DNA of 32,000 nt from Thermococcus kodakarensis KOD1 (GCF_000009965.1 NC_006624.1:1470001-1502000), one strand, 5' to 3'; shown: positions 10,771 through 21,032, numbered from the stretch's first letter. Program-made: numbers and translations. The notes: generated from the sequence alone by a model not told the origin.

Positions 10771-11592
10771 TCACTGGCATTCACGTAGGTATTTCTCAAA
10801 CACCTCAACGTACTTAAACGCGTCATCTGGAAGTATCAGGATCGCCGTTCCGGGATACCTGTCCCTGACCTTCTCAAGGGCACTGACTACGGCACCAGAG
10901 CTGAGGCCTATTAAGATGCCTTCCCTCCTAGCCACCTGGATGGAGCCCTCAATCGCTTCCCTCTGTGTTACCTCGACGACCTCATCAATGCCAGCGTCAA
11001 AAAACCACTTAGGCCTTGTTTCGAGCCGTTTTATGCCCGGAATCTTCTCGTTCTTAGCTGGAACCACCCCAATGACTTTCGTGTCGTAGCGCTCCTTGAA
11101 GTACTTTGCAATACCCGCTATGTGTCCAGATGTTCCGACTCCAGCGACTATTACGTCAGGGCTTACTCCTATGCTCCTGAGCTGTTCGTCTATCTCCCTC
11201 GCGGTGTACCTGTAGTGGGCCTCAAAGTTGTCGTCGTTCTCGAACTGGTTCAGGTTCACTGCCCCAGCTTTCTCCGCCTCATCCCTGACGAATTCAATCA
11301 TTTCCCTGTCAATTACCTCGAAGTCCGTCTTCACGACCTCTGCCCCGAGGACTTTCAGAAGGGTTACTGTCGCGTCTGGAGTCGGCTTCGGCAGATAGGC
11401 CCTGAATTCAACGTTAAAAATGTTCGATATCGCTGCCATTGCTATTCCAACGTTTCCAGAAGTTGCCTCGAAAAGCCGCCTGGTGCCGTTAATGTCCCCG
11501 CGCTTCAGAGCCTTCATAACGAGGTTAAAAACAGCCCTGTCCTTTATGCTCCTGCTGAAGGGGTTAAAGAATTCCAGCTTGGCAAAAGACAT
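10771..11592 (-). CDS. PLP-dependent cysteine synthase / O-phosphoserine sulfhydrylase family protein (main frame, N-terminally truncated as read)
   Basis: Motifs present are AKLEFFNPFSRSIKDR (PLP-Lys), TSGNVG, GVGTSGHIAG and SSGA. The expected ~30 aa N-terminal segment is missing from this frame (see the 11564-11680 feature). Confidence 0.85.
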   Translation of the reverse strand: MSFAKLEFFNPFSRSIKDRAVFNLVMKALKRGDINGTRRLFEATSGNVGIAMAAISNIFNVEFRAYLPKPTPDATVTLLKVLGAEVVKTDFEVIDREMIEFVRDEAEKAGAVNLNQFENDDNFEAHYRYTAREIDEQLRSIGVSPDVIVAGVGTSGHIAGIAKYFKERYDTKVIGVVPAKNEKIPGIKRLETRPKWFFDAGIDEVVEVTQREAIEGSIQVARREGILIGLSSGAVVSALEKVRDRYPGTAILILPDDAFKYVEVFEKYLRECQ

Positions 11593-11680
11593 CCCCCCTC
11601 TCGTCCGAAAGGGAAAGCCTGAGCAGGGGGGTCGGTTTGTACTTCTCGAAGAGTTCTATTGGGCTGTTAAAGACGTTCAT
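11564..11680 (-). pseudogene. Out-of-frame N-terminal fragment of the cysteine-synthase-family gene
   Basis: ATG 11680 opens MNVFNSPIELFEKYKPTPLLRLSLSDERGDVFCQAGIL*, which contains the family-typical TPLLRL box. GGTGG lies 6 nt upstream and TTTATAAT (11713-11720) further upstream. This frame is offset by 1 nt from the main ORF. Confidence 0.55.
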
Positions 11681-11859
11681 CTGGAACCACCGAACCTGTT
11701 TAAAATACTTGCATTATAAATGTTTTGTTTTCGACCATATTACACAATAATGAGTAAGCCGTGGACATTCATATGGATGTGGATAAACCGCCCATTGAAA
11801 TATAGAAGCGGGGGTATGCCCTCTCAACGTTAGGGTGGTTGCTAAATTTAAAAAAGCTG

Positions 11860-12591
11860 TCAAAACTCCTTTTCAGTTTTTTCAACGAGCTTTCTGAGGC
11901 CGTTGATTAGTTCATTCTCGTTTGAGGCCTTGGAGACGACGAGGGGTATCCTTTCACGTTCAGCAAGCTTGACCGCTAGCTCGTCTAACCTCTTGACGCC
12001 GTGCAGCACTATCACAGCTGGCTTAAGCCCCTGAACGCGGACTGCTATCATGGGGCTTCTGCCCGTGGTCACCTTTGTAAACACCAGTGCCCTCTCAGTA
12101 GTCCATCCGTAGAGCTTAAGAAATTCCTCGCTGCTCATCTCAAGGATCGCCCGTATGCTGTCAACCACCGTGTAACCGTAAATCTTTCTGTCGAGAAGGT
12201 CATGGTTTGCCGCAACCTCGCCCTTGACGGCCTCAACAACGGCTCTTATCGGAACGGGGACCGCAAACTCGCGAATATCGAGAATAGCATCCGTCGGAAG
12301 TTCGCCCTCGATGGTCTTGCTGAAGGCTCTTATGACGTTCCCGCCCCTTTTCTCATCAATTTCAATGAGGGCCTCAACGAACTTTCTTATCGTTGAAGCA
12401 CCGGGACTTTTTCTCCTCCCACCCTCATAATCGCTGATGACGGAGGATGAGACTCCAAGGTAATCCGCAAGCTCGGTCTGGCTTATCCCAAATATCTCGC
12501 GCCACTTTCTCATGGTCTTACCGGGGTCAGAAGAAAGTGTTATCTCTCCCGCGATCCTCTTGGCAAGGGCTTCCTTTTCTTTCTCCAGCAT
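11860..12591 (-). CDS. XRE-type HTH transcriptional regulator with a C-terminal conserved archaeal domain (COG1395-like)
   Basis: The HTH is ISQTELADYLGVSSSVISDYEGGRR, followed by a ~150 aa C-terminal domain. Confidence 0.8.
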   Translation of the reverse strand: MLEKEKEALAKRIAGEITLSSDPGKTMRKWREIFGISQTELADYLGVSSSVISDYEGGRRKSPGASTIRKFVEALIEIDEKRGGNVIRAFSKTIEGELPTDAILDIREFAVPVPIRAVVEAVKGEVAANHDLLDRKIYGYTVVDSIRAILEMSSEEFLKLYGWTTERALVFTKVTTGRSPMIAVRVQGLKPAVIVLHGVKRLDELAVKLAERERIPLVVSKASNENELINGLRKLVEKTEKEF

Positions 12592-12759
12592 AATCGTTGC
12601 TAACTCTAAAATATTATAAGTCTTTCGGCAATTGCAGAAAGAGGTTAGTGCCCAGTTGATACAACAAGAGGGAAAGATAAACCATTTTGGGCAATACCAA
12701 CACAGAATTTAATGTTTAGCCTGCAACTAATCTCAAATCTGGGCTTACCTTTAAACTTC

Positions 12760-13656
12760 GCGAGAAAGTTTTTAGAAAAAGCTTGACCAAAGAAACTTTG
12801 CTGGGCAAAGTTTCATCAAAGTTTGTGATGCTTGACTAAAGGGCTGTTTTGATAGGATTTTCCTTATTGAATGCTGTCTTGGGTTGTGAATTCTATTCTT
12901 ATTCGCTCGCTCTTTGTGAGTTTGCTTTTTAATTGACGCCCTACGGGCGTCAAAGTGAGAGAAACTCCTTTTTAGCTAGCATGTTTGAAGAATTCACTTA
13001 TTTTTTAGTTTGTTTATCGCGAAAATCCTGTAGAAGTGCAATTCTAAGAAGAACCACGAGCCTTGATCAAACTCAATGGGACTGTCGTCCCATGCGTTGA
13101 AGCAGAGCTTCAACGTCGCGCAGGAAGCTTTTAGACAAAAGCTTGACCAAAAGTGCGCCCTTCTTCTCGAACTTGCTCTTCGATGAGTATATGCTTGCTC
13201 AGAAAGCAAGTTCGCTTGGGTTTACTCCCAAAATCTCTCGTTAATTGTAATTTCGAACTTTCTTTTTAGCGCTCAAAGAGCGCTATACTGTGAGGAAATC
13301 CTGTAAATCTAGCAACTCGGTAAGTAAACCCACTCAAAAGCCAGCTCATTAAAAACGCATACTACTCTTCCGCCATCCTTCAAGGACGCTTGAACGACAG
13401 TGAAAGCGGCGCTGAAGCTTTTAGAAAAAGCTTCACCAAAAAGTTTGAATGTCCTCGAGAATTGGCTTGATTCGGATTCTATTCTCTTAGTAGGTGGCCA
13501 AATAAATGCGGGTTTTCTTCTTTTTAACGCTCTTCGAGCGTTATATCGTGAGTAAACCCCTTGAAAACCGCTGATTGATGACTGAGAATCACTGGAAAAC
13601 AGGAAGCTCAAAAGGACATTCTACTTTTGATGAAACTTTGCCCAGCAAAGTTTCTG
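12760..13656. repeat. Array of about 3 degenerate modular repeat units (220-360 bp) with two hairpin types, abutting the 3' end of tRNA-Ile
   Basis: AT-rich HindIII-type hairpins lie at 12765-12784, 13125-13144 and 13414-13434. GC-rich hairpins lie at 12934-12952, 13267-13285 and 13525-13543. The 30-nt hairpin element occurs at 12791-12820 and 13626-13655. There is no credible coding potential. Confidence 0.85.
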
Positions 13657-13734
13657 TGGTGGGCCCGCGGGGCTTCGAACCCCGGACCTCCCGCTTATCA
13701 GGCGGGCGCTCTGACCAGGCTGAGCCACGGGCCC
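13657..13734 (-). tRNA. tRNA-Ile (anticodon GAU), CCA encoded
   Basis: The reverse complement GGGCCCGTGGCTCAGCCTGGTCAGAGCGCCCGCCTGATAAGCGGGAGGTCCGGGGTTCGAAGCCCCGCGGGCCCACCA folds as a cloverleaf. The anticodon loop is CTGATAA. Confidence 0.97.
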
Positions 13735-13747
13735 GCGAGAAAGGTTT

Positions 13748-13825
13748 TGGTGCCCCGGCCGGGATTTGAACCCGGGTCGCGGGATCGAGAGTCCCGCATG
13801 ATTGACCGGGCTACACCACCGGGGC
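13748..13825 (-). tRNA. tRNA-Glu (anticodon CUC), CCA encoded
   Basis: The reverse complement is GCCCCGGTGGTGTAGCCCGGTCAATCATGCGGGACTCTCGATCCCGCGACCCGGGTTCAAATCCCGGCCGGGGCACCA, with anticodon loop CTCTCGA. It lies 13 nt upstream of tRNA-Ile, so the two are likely co-transcribed. Confidence 0.97.
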
Positions 13826-13852
13826 GCGTCCGAGATTAGAGCAGAGGGAGGG

Positions 13853-13860
13853 TTTATAAA
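13853..13860 (-). promoter_or_regulatory. TATA box of the tRNA-Glu/tRNA-Ile transcription unit
   Basis: The palindromic octamer TTTATAAA lies 28 nt from the tRNA-Glu 5' end. The same octamer at the same spacing occurs upstream of tRNA-Gln (29048-29055). Confidence 0.55.
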
Positions 13861-14169
13861 CTTTTCGGCTCTCTGTGCCCCAGGTTGCCGCCGTACTTGA
13901 TGCACTCTTATGTTCTTTAACTTGGTGTTCCGATTTGAATATTTTAATTTAACTTTACTTTATGCCATTTTGTATTTGTTCGCCTCAGATTCCCAATATT
14001 GGCAATAACTGTTACTAAATGTCATGTATTTTAAAACAAATAAGTCAGTTCCCGCCGTTGAAAATTATTAACAACGCTATCTCACATAACTTATGTTAAG
14101 GAGTATGCAAAATTTTGGATGTTCTCTTTTGAATTTTGATTAATACACAATGTTGCGCAAGACTTATAA

Positions 14170-16224
<2,055 letters not shown>

Positions 16225-16267
16225 AGTCTTTTAACCCTCTCTTCTTTTCTTCCTTGAGGTGGTTGGA

Positions 16268-18022
16268 ATGAGAAGGGTTCTCGCTACTATACTCATTGTG
16301 GGCTTTATGCTCTCTCTCATCTCCTCACCCGTTCTTGTCTCGGCTGAAATCAGGCCGTACGTTTACGAGCCTACAGTTCCGGACACGGCCTTTGCTGTTC
16401 TCGCCCTCTACAAGACAGGCGATTACGACAGAGTTCTGGAAGGCTGTGAGTGGCTCATGGCCATTAGGACGCCCTTTGACTCCTGGGGCTACGCTTACAG
16501 CGAGGAGCACGAGGCCAAATACACAGCTATGGCAATAATGGCACTCATCAGAGGAGAGAGCATAGCCAACGGCAGGTATAAGGATGTTATCAACAGTGCT
16601 GCATATTGGCTCATATACAAGCAGAAGGCCGACGGCTCCTGGGACGACTACCTTGATGCCGCTATGGCTGCCATAGCCCTGAAGGAGCTCCTGGGAAGCA
16701 AATACGTTGAAGAGAACATGACGGGACTTGAAGACCAGCTCAGGGAAGGTTTGAACAGAGCACTTGGCTGGCTTCAGATTAATGAACCAGAAAACGACGT
16801 GGAGAGAATATTCCGTGACATTGCGCTGGAGGATAAAGATGACCTTGAGAAGCTTAATGTTGAGGGTGAGCTGAAGGCCTACAAAGCCTTTGCACTCGCT
16901 TACCTCGGAGAAAAGGTCTCACTGGAAGGGAACTTCTCATCGCCGATGGCCGTTGCGATGGCGCTTTACGCGACAGGAGATGAAAAGTACAGGGAAGAGC
17001 TCCTCGATATGGAACACTTCGGCTTCTGGGGAAGGCTCCACTACCGCGTCCTCGACCTGCTCGACGTCTCCCAGATCAGCGGCTTTGAAGAGCTCAGAGA
17101 AATTGCCTGCCCATACCTCGAAAAAATCCCCGCCACTGAAGAGTGGCAGAAAGCGGTTTATGCCCACTACTTTGTCCTCTGCTCAAAAGAGCCGGAGCTC
17201 CCTGAGAACTACAGCTCTCTCCTTCCCTGGCAGGTAGCGGAAGTTGCGAGGATAAAGGCCCTCCTCGGAAAGCCCTACGACGATGCAGTTGAGTACCTTC
17301 TCTCCAGCCCGAATAACGGAACCTGGAAGGACTTTTACAACACCGCCTACGTCGTCTGGGTGCTCAAGAGCCTCAACGTTTCCTACGACTACGAAAAGTC
17401 TCTTCACTACCTTTCGGCTAATCTCACGTGGATGCTGAGCGAAAAGAATTCAAAGACAGGAGATCCTGTTTACTACTCGATACCGACTTACTACTTCTCG
17501 CAGGCAGCCATAGTTTTCAGCCAGTTTGGAATGAAAGATGAGCTGAACAAGACTCTCGAAGTCCTGAAGGAAAGACAGTATCCCAACGGAGCTTTTGCTT
17601 ACACCCACCAGTCGGTGACGGGTATAACAACAACAGCCAGAGTTGTCTGGAACCTTGAGGTGGCGGGATTGACTGACACTGAAATTTACAGAAAGGGTGT
17701 GGCTTTCCTGAGAGATATGCTCTACGCGGAAATTCCAGAGGTAAAGCCGGAGATGGCCAATACCACTTTCCTTAGGGTAGATGAGGGGAAATACGTCGGC
17801 AACACCACGGGAAGAGTGAATCCAACTGGACTTGACGGGTACGTTGCGATTTACCCCCCAAAGAACCCCCTGATGATAAAGGCAGTTGCCGTGGAGGGCT
17901 TCAGGGCAGAGAGCCCGTGGAAGAACCGCGGACTTCAGCATGCTCTAGTAATCGTCGCGGTCGGGGTGCTTCTCGTTGCTATGTACGGCGTAGTCTGGTT
18001 TGAGAACAGGAAGAAGAGATGA
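16268..18022 (+). CDS. Surface protein with signal/TM N-terminus, C-terminal TM anchor and alpha/alpha-toroid (prenyltransferase/terpene-cyclase-like) repeats
   Basis: Shows recurrent T/Y-A-x-A-(L/I/V)-x-A-L helices and DGSW/NGAF/NGTW turns. The C-terminus is VIVAVGVLLVAMYGVVWFENRKKR. GAGGTG precedes ATG 16268. Confidence 0.75.
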   Translation: MRRVLATILIVGFMLSLISSPVLVSAEIRPYVYEPTVPDTAFAVLALYKTGDYDRVLEGCEWLMAIRTPFDSWGYAYSEEHEAKYTAMAIMALIRGESIANGRYKDVINSAAYWLIYKQKADGSWDDYLDAAMAAIALKELLGSKYVEENMTGLEDQLREGLNRALGWLQINEPENDVERIFRDIALEDKDDLEKLNVEGELKAYKAFALAYLGEKVSLEGNFSSPMAVAMALYATGDEKYREELLDMEHFGFWGRLHYRVLDLLDVSQISGFEELREIACPYLEKIPATEEWQKAVYAHYFVLCSKEPELPENYSSLLPWQVAEVARIKALLGKPYDDAVEYLLSSPNNGTWKDFYNTAYVVWVLKSLNVSYDYEKSLHYLSANLTWMLSEKNSKTGDPVYYSIPTYYFSQAAIVFSQFGMKDELNKTLEVLKERQYPNGAFAYTHQSVTGITTTARVVWNLEVAGLTDTEIYRKGVAFLRDMLYAEIPEVKPEMANTTFLRVDEGKYVGNTTGRVNPTGLDGYVAIYPPKNPLMIKAVAVEGFRAESPWKNRGLQHALVIVAVGVLLVAMYGVVWFENRKKR

Positions 18023-18025
18023 AAT

Positions 18026-18056
18026 TCTTTCTCTTTTTTAAATTTAAAATAAATCA
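18026..18056. terminator. Bidirectional oligo-T terminator region between convergent genes
   Basis: A T6 run at 18034-18039 lies downstream of the + strand gene. AAAATAAAT at 18046-18054 gives T-runs on the minus strand downstream of bpsA. Confidence 0.45.
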
Positions 18057-18063
18057 GAAAGGC

Positions 18064-19119
18064 TCAGGTAGTCGAGCTCTCCTCGTCGTCGTAGAGCTCC
18101 TGACCGACGGTTATCTCGTCCTCGAAGCCCTTCGAGCCCTCAAGGGTCTGGATCCTGAACATGTAGCTCTTGTACCAGTTGTAGCTCGGCTTTACCTTTA
18201 TCGGAAGGAGCCTCCAAGCCCTCGTCTCCTCGACGTAGCCCCAGTTGACGTACTCATTGAAGTTCCTGATGATGTCGGTAATGACGACGCCGAACTCGTT
18301 GAGGAGAACCCTCTGTATCTCCCTCCACTTGTCGAGGGAGCTCTCTCTTCTAGTTATTCCAAAGTAGCCGGCGCAACCTGGCCCCTTGAGGGTCGCTATG
18401 CCTCTTCCCACGAAAGCCCTGATGGCTTCAACCGTCTCGGGCGGGTCCGTGATAAAGGTGTCGAACTTGTGGAGCGCGTAGTCGGGGAGCGGCTTCCTGA
18501 GGTCGAAGGTGAATATCTCGATGTTCTCGTAGCCTATCTCGTCGGCGGCCTTCTCGATGAACTTCGTGAGCCTCTCGTCTATGTCGAGGACGGCTATCCT
18601 CTTCGGGAGACCGCTGAGCATCAAAGCGACGCTCGTGAGGTCATCGTCCCCGAGGACAAAGACCTCCTTGTTCTCAAGGTCGCCCCTGCTGTGCATAAGG
18701 GCAACTCTGGCGACGGTGGTCTCTGGAGTGACGTAGGCCTGGTCGAACTGGTGGGCCGGCTCGGGCCTGTCCCTGGTTATCTCCTTGAACTGCTCGAGAA
18801 GCTCGGAGAAGGCGTCTATCTCAACCGTCCTTCCCTGGCAGTGGGAGCAGGTGTAGTCAGCCCTGGGGCCGATTCCATACTTCTCCACCAGCTCCTTGCC
18901 CTTCCTCGTGAGGATCACCTGGTTGTTCTCAAAGGCCACGTAGCCGAGCTCGTAGAGGGCAGTAACGACAGCAACGACGAGCGGAAGCGGCTCCTCGCTG
19001 AGGTCAACGATCCTCCAGACGTCACCGCTGGCCTGAATGGCGCTCAGAACATTCTCTATCGTCCTCTCGTAAACGGGAATGGTCGTCTTCTCCTTGACCC
19101 TCTCAATTATCTCCCTCAT
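18064..19119 (-). CDS. bpsA: N4-bis(aminopropyl)spermidine synthase (branched-chain polyamine synthase, DUF43 family)
   Basis: The 351 aa product has an N-terminal wHTH-like part, CSHCQGR, and a methyltransferase-like aminopropyltransferase core (VFVLGDDDLTS, ITDPPET). It matches my memory of BpsA (TK1691). Confidence 0.85.
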   Translation of the reverse strand: MREIIERVKEKTTIPVYERTIENVLSAIQASGDVWRIVDLSEEPLPLVVAVVTALYELGYVAFENNQVILTRKGKELVEKYGIGPRADYTCSHCQGRTVEIDAFSELLEQFKEITRDRPEPAHQFDQAYVTPETTVARVALMHSRGDLENKEVFVLGDDDLTSVALMLSGLPKRIAVLDIDERLTKFIEKAADEIGYENIEIFTFDLRKPLPDYALHKFDTFITDPPETVEAIRAFVGRGIATLKGPGCAGYFGITRRESSLDKWREIQRVLLNEFGVVITDIIRNFNEYVNWGYVEETRAWRLLPIKVKPSYNWYKSYMFRIQTLEGSKGFEDEITVGQELYDDEESSTT

Positions 19120-19227
19120 ATCTCACACCTCCAGAAGGATTCTTGGTTCGTAAAAGAACCTTGTGGAGGCCCCTTTTAAGGGTTTTCCCGCCGGCAGATT
19201 TTAAAGCTCATTCCTGAATTTAACCCC

Positions 19228-19968
19228 ATGCTGAAGCCGGTTGGAGAGGACTTCGTGAAAAGGTACCGCCTAGAGTACAACCTTGAGGCGCTTAAAAGGG
19301 TTAGAAGAGACATCGGAGAGATTGCCCATACTCGTTTGAGAGCCCTGATAGAGTACCGCTTGAGCGGGAAGGACTTCGACCGCTCTCCGACGGGAGCAAA
19401 AGTGGCCGTAGCGTTCTCAGGAGGATCTGACAGCACTGCCACGCTGAAGGTGCTTCGCTGGGCCGGTTTTGATGCGATCCCCATAACGGTTAAACTCCCC
19501 CAGATGGGAGAAAAGACCCTCGAAAAAGCCCGGAACTATGGGGCTGTTTTCATCGAAATTCCGGAATATTTGGATATCATACGGCCCCAGATTGAAAAAG
19601 GTGCCCCGATCTGCGGCAGATGTCACGCTCTTGTAATGAGTGCAGTTGAGGGATATGCCAGAAAATCCGGAATAAAAATCGTTGCCTCCGGGGACATGCT
19701 CAGTTCCGGCTTGATCTCTATCTACCAAAAAGAGGACCTTGTAATTCTCAACCTTCCAGCGTTTCTGGCGCTGGACAAGGCTGAAATTATCGAGATAATT
19801 GGTGGGGACTACGATCTCAAATTCGGCTGTCCCCTTCTCTGGGAGCTGTTTAGAAAAGCTCCTTCAACCAAGAGGCTTTCCATCCAGAGGGTTCTGAGGG
19901 AGACGAGGGCAAGGGCTTTGAGGCCCGGGATGGCCAGGGAACTGATACTCGACATCCTCTCCCGCTGA
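19228..19968 (+). CDS. PP-loop ATP pyrophosphatase family protein (adenine nucleotide alpha-hydrolase, COG2117-like)
   Basis: Carries the SGGxDS motif (VAFSGGSDST) and a CGRCH motif. The transcript is possibly leaderless, because TTTTAAA (19200-19206) lies about 25 nt upstream of the ATG. Confidence 0.85.
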   Translation: MLKPVGEDFVKRYRLEYNLEALKRVRRDIGEIAHTRLRALIEYRLSGKDFDRSPTGAKVAVAFSGGSDSTATLKVLRWAGFDAIPITVKLPQMGEKTLEKARNYGAVFIEIPEYLDIIRPQIEKGAPICGRCHALVMSAVEGYARKSGIKIVASGDMLSSGLISIYQKEDLVILNLPAFLALDKAEIIEIIGGDYDLKFGCPLLWELFRKAPSTKRLSIQRVLRETRARALRPGMARELILDILSR

Positions 19969-20030
19969 GTACACATTCCTGTCCCAAAAGGTTTAAATGT
20001 GTATTCTCTGAGGCTCTTCAGGTGGTGTTA

Positions 20031-20564
20031 ATGGTCACGAAAGAAGAAGTTGAGAAGGTCGTTAAGTCCATAGTTGATGAGAAGTTCATCCGCTCAATCG
20101 ATGTCGATGAGAAGGGGAACGTTACAGTCACACTGGCGAAGGACACTCCCGACATTGACAACGTCCTGATAAAGCTCCACTCCGAAATTGGAAAGCTGGA
20201 AGGAGTCGGCTTAATCACAGTAAACCGCGAGAGAGAAATCAAGGAAGCCGACGAGAACGTTCAGCTCACTGAGGAAATGGTCCTTGAGAAGCTTAAGGAA
20301 GTAATCGACCCCGAAATTGGGCTTGATGTCGTCAACCTTGGGCTAATCTATGACCTTAAGGTCAACCCTGACAACACGGTTTACGTCAAAATGACGATGA
20401 CGACTCCAGGCTGTCCACTTACAATGTGGCTCCTTCGCGCCGTTGAGGACAAGATACTGGAGATTCCTGGGGTTAAGGACGCTGAAATCGAGCTCACCTT
20501 CGATCCGCCATGGACGCCCGACAGGATAAGCCCCGAGTACAAGAAGAAGCTGGGTCTCTTTTGA
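20031..20564 (+). CDS. DUF59/MIP18-family Fe-S cluster assembly-related protein with N-terminal extension
   Basis: The C-terminal domain has DPEIGLDVVNLGLIYD...TMTTPGCPL, typical of DUF59. AGGTGG precedes ATG 20031. Confidence 0.8.
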   Translation: MVTKEEVEKVVKSIVDEKFIRSIDVDEKGNVTVTLAKDTPDIDNVLIKLHSEIGKLEGVGLITVNREREIKEADENVQLTEEMVLEKLKEVIDPEIGLDVVNLGLIYDLKVNPDNTVYVKMTMTTPGCPLTMWLLRAVEDKILEIPGVKDAEIELTFDPPWTPDRISPEYKKKLGLF

Positions 20565-20700
20565 CCCATCTGGTCTTTTTTTGTTCACTGAGAGACTTTT
20601 TTAGGGCCGTTTATTCTGTTTTACACCCATTTGAGAGTCTCCGCGGTTCTCTCCGCCTACGAAAACTTTATATCCCCTCCAGTTCATTTAACCACGGTGA

Positions 20701-20898
<198 letters not shown>

Positions 20899-21032
20899 AC
20901 TGGTTTCTTCTGTTCTTCTTTCCTTGTTGTTATAAGGGTCATTGATTAAGTGCTTCGTAGGGATGGACTTCTTAGAAATCTTGAATCAAAAGAATCTCTG
21001 ATATAAGTTAAGAATCAAGAAGAAAAGAGAGC

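Noticed and set aside
11824-11835. A shared 12-mer TCAACGTTAGGG downstream of two minus-strand genes (also at 29675-29686)
   Set aside because: A single 12-nt match in a 32-kb window read on both strands is within chance expectation. The flanks do not align.
12827-12890. A second C/D box sRNA candidate (GTGATGC-N12-CTGT-..-TGATAG-N12-TGAA)
   Set aside because: The spacing is suggestive, but neither the D' nor the D position has CTGA, and the C' box is poor. It fails the most conserved elements.
12994-13611. ORFs 12994-13209 (71 aa) and 13309-13611 (100 aa) inside the repeat array
   Set aside because: They give low-complexity S/F/K-rich translations spanning the hairpin modules. They have no RBS, and the homologous right-hand copy does not preserve the frame.
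12760-13656. Whether the repeat region is a CRISPR array
   Set aside because: The units are 220-360 bp and degenerate, not 25-40 nt identical repeats with regular unique spacers. There is no leader or cas context in the window.
13575-13905. ORFs 13575-13769, 13621-13905 and 13627-13839 (and likewise 29006-29209 and 29077-29268)
   Set aside because: They overlap the tRNA genes and hairpin elements. The shared MKLCPAKFLW peptide is just the translated 30-nt hairpin repeat.
18019-19179. A 386 aa ORF on the + strand
   Set aside because: It is entirely antisense to the well-supported bpsA gene. It has a low-complexity L/V/E/G-rich translation typical of the reverse frame of a GC-rich gene, with no motifs and no RBS.
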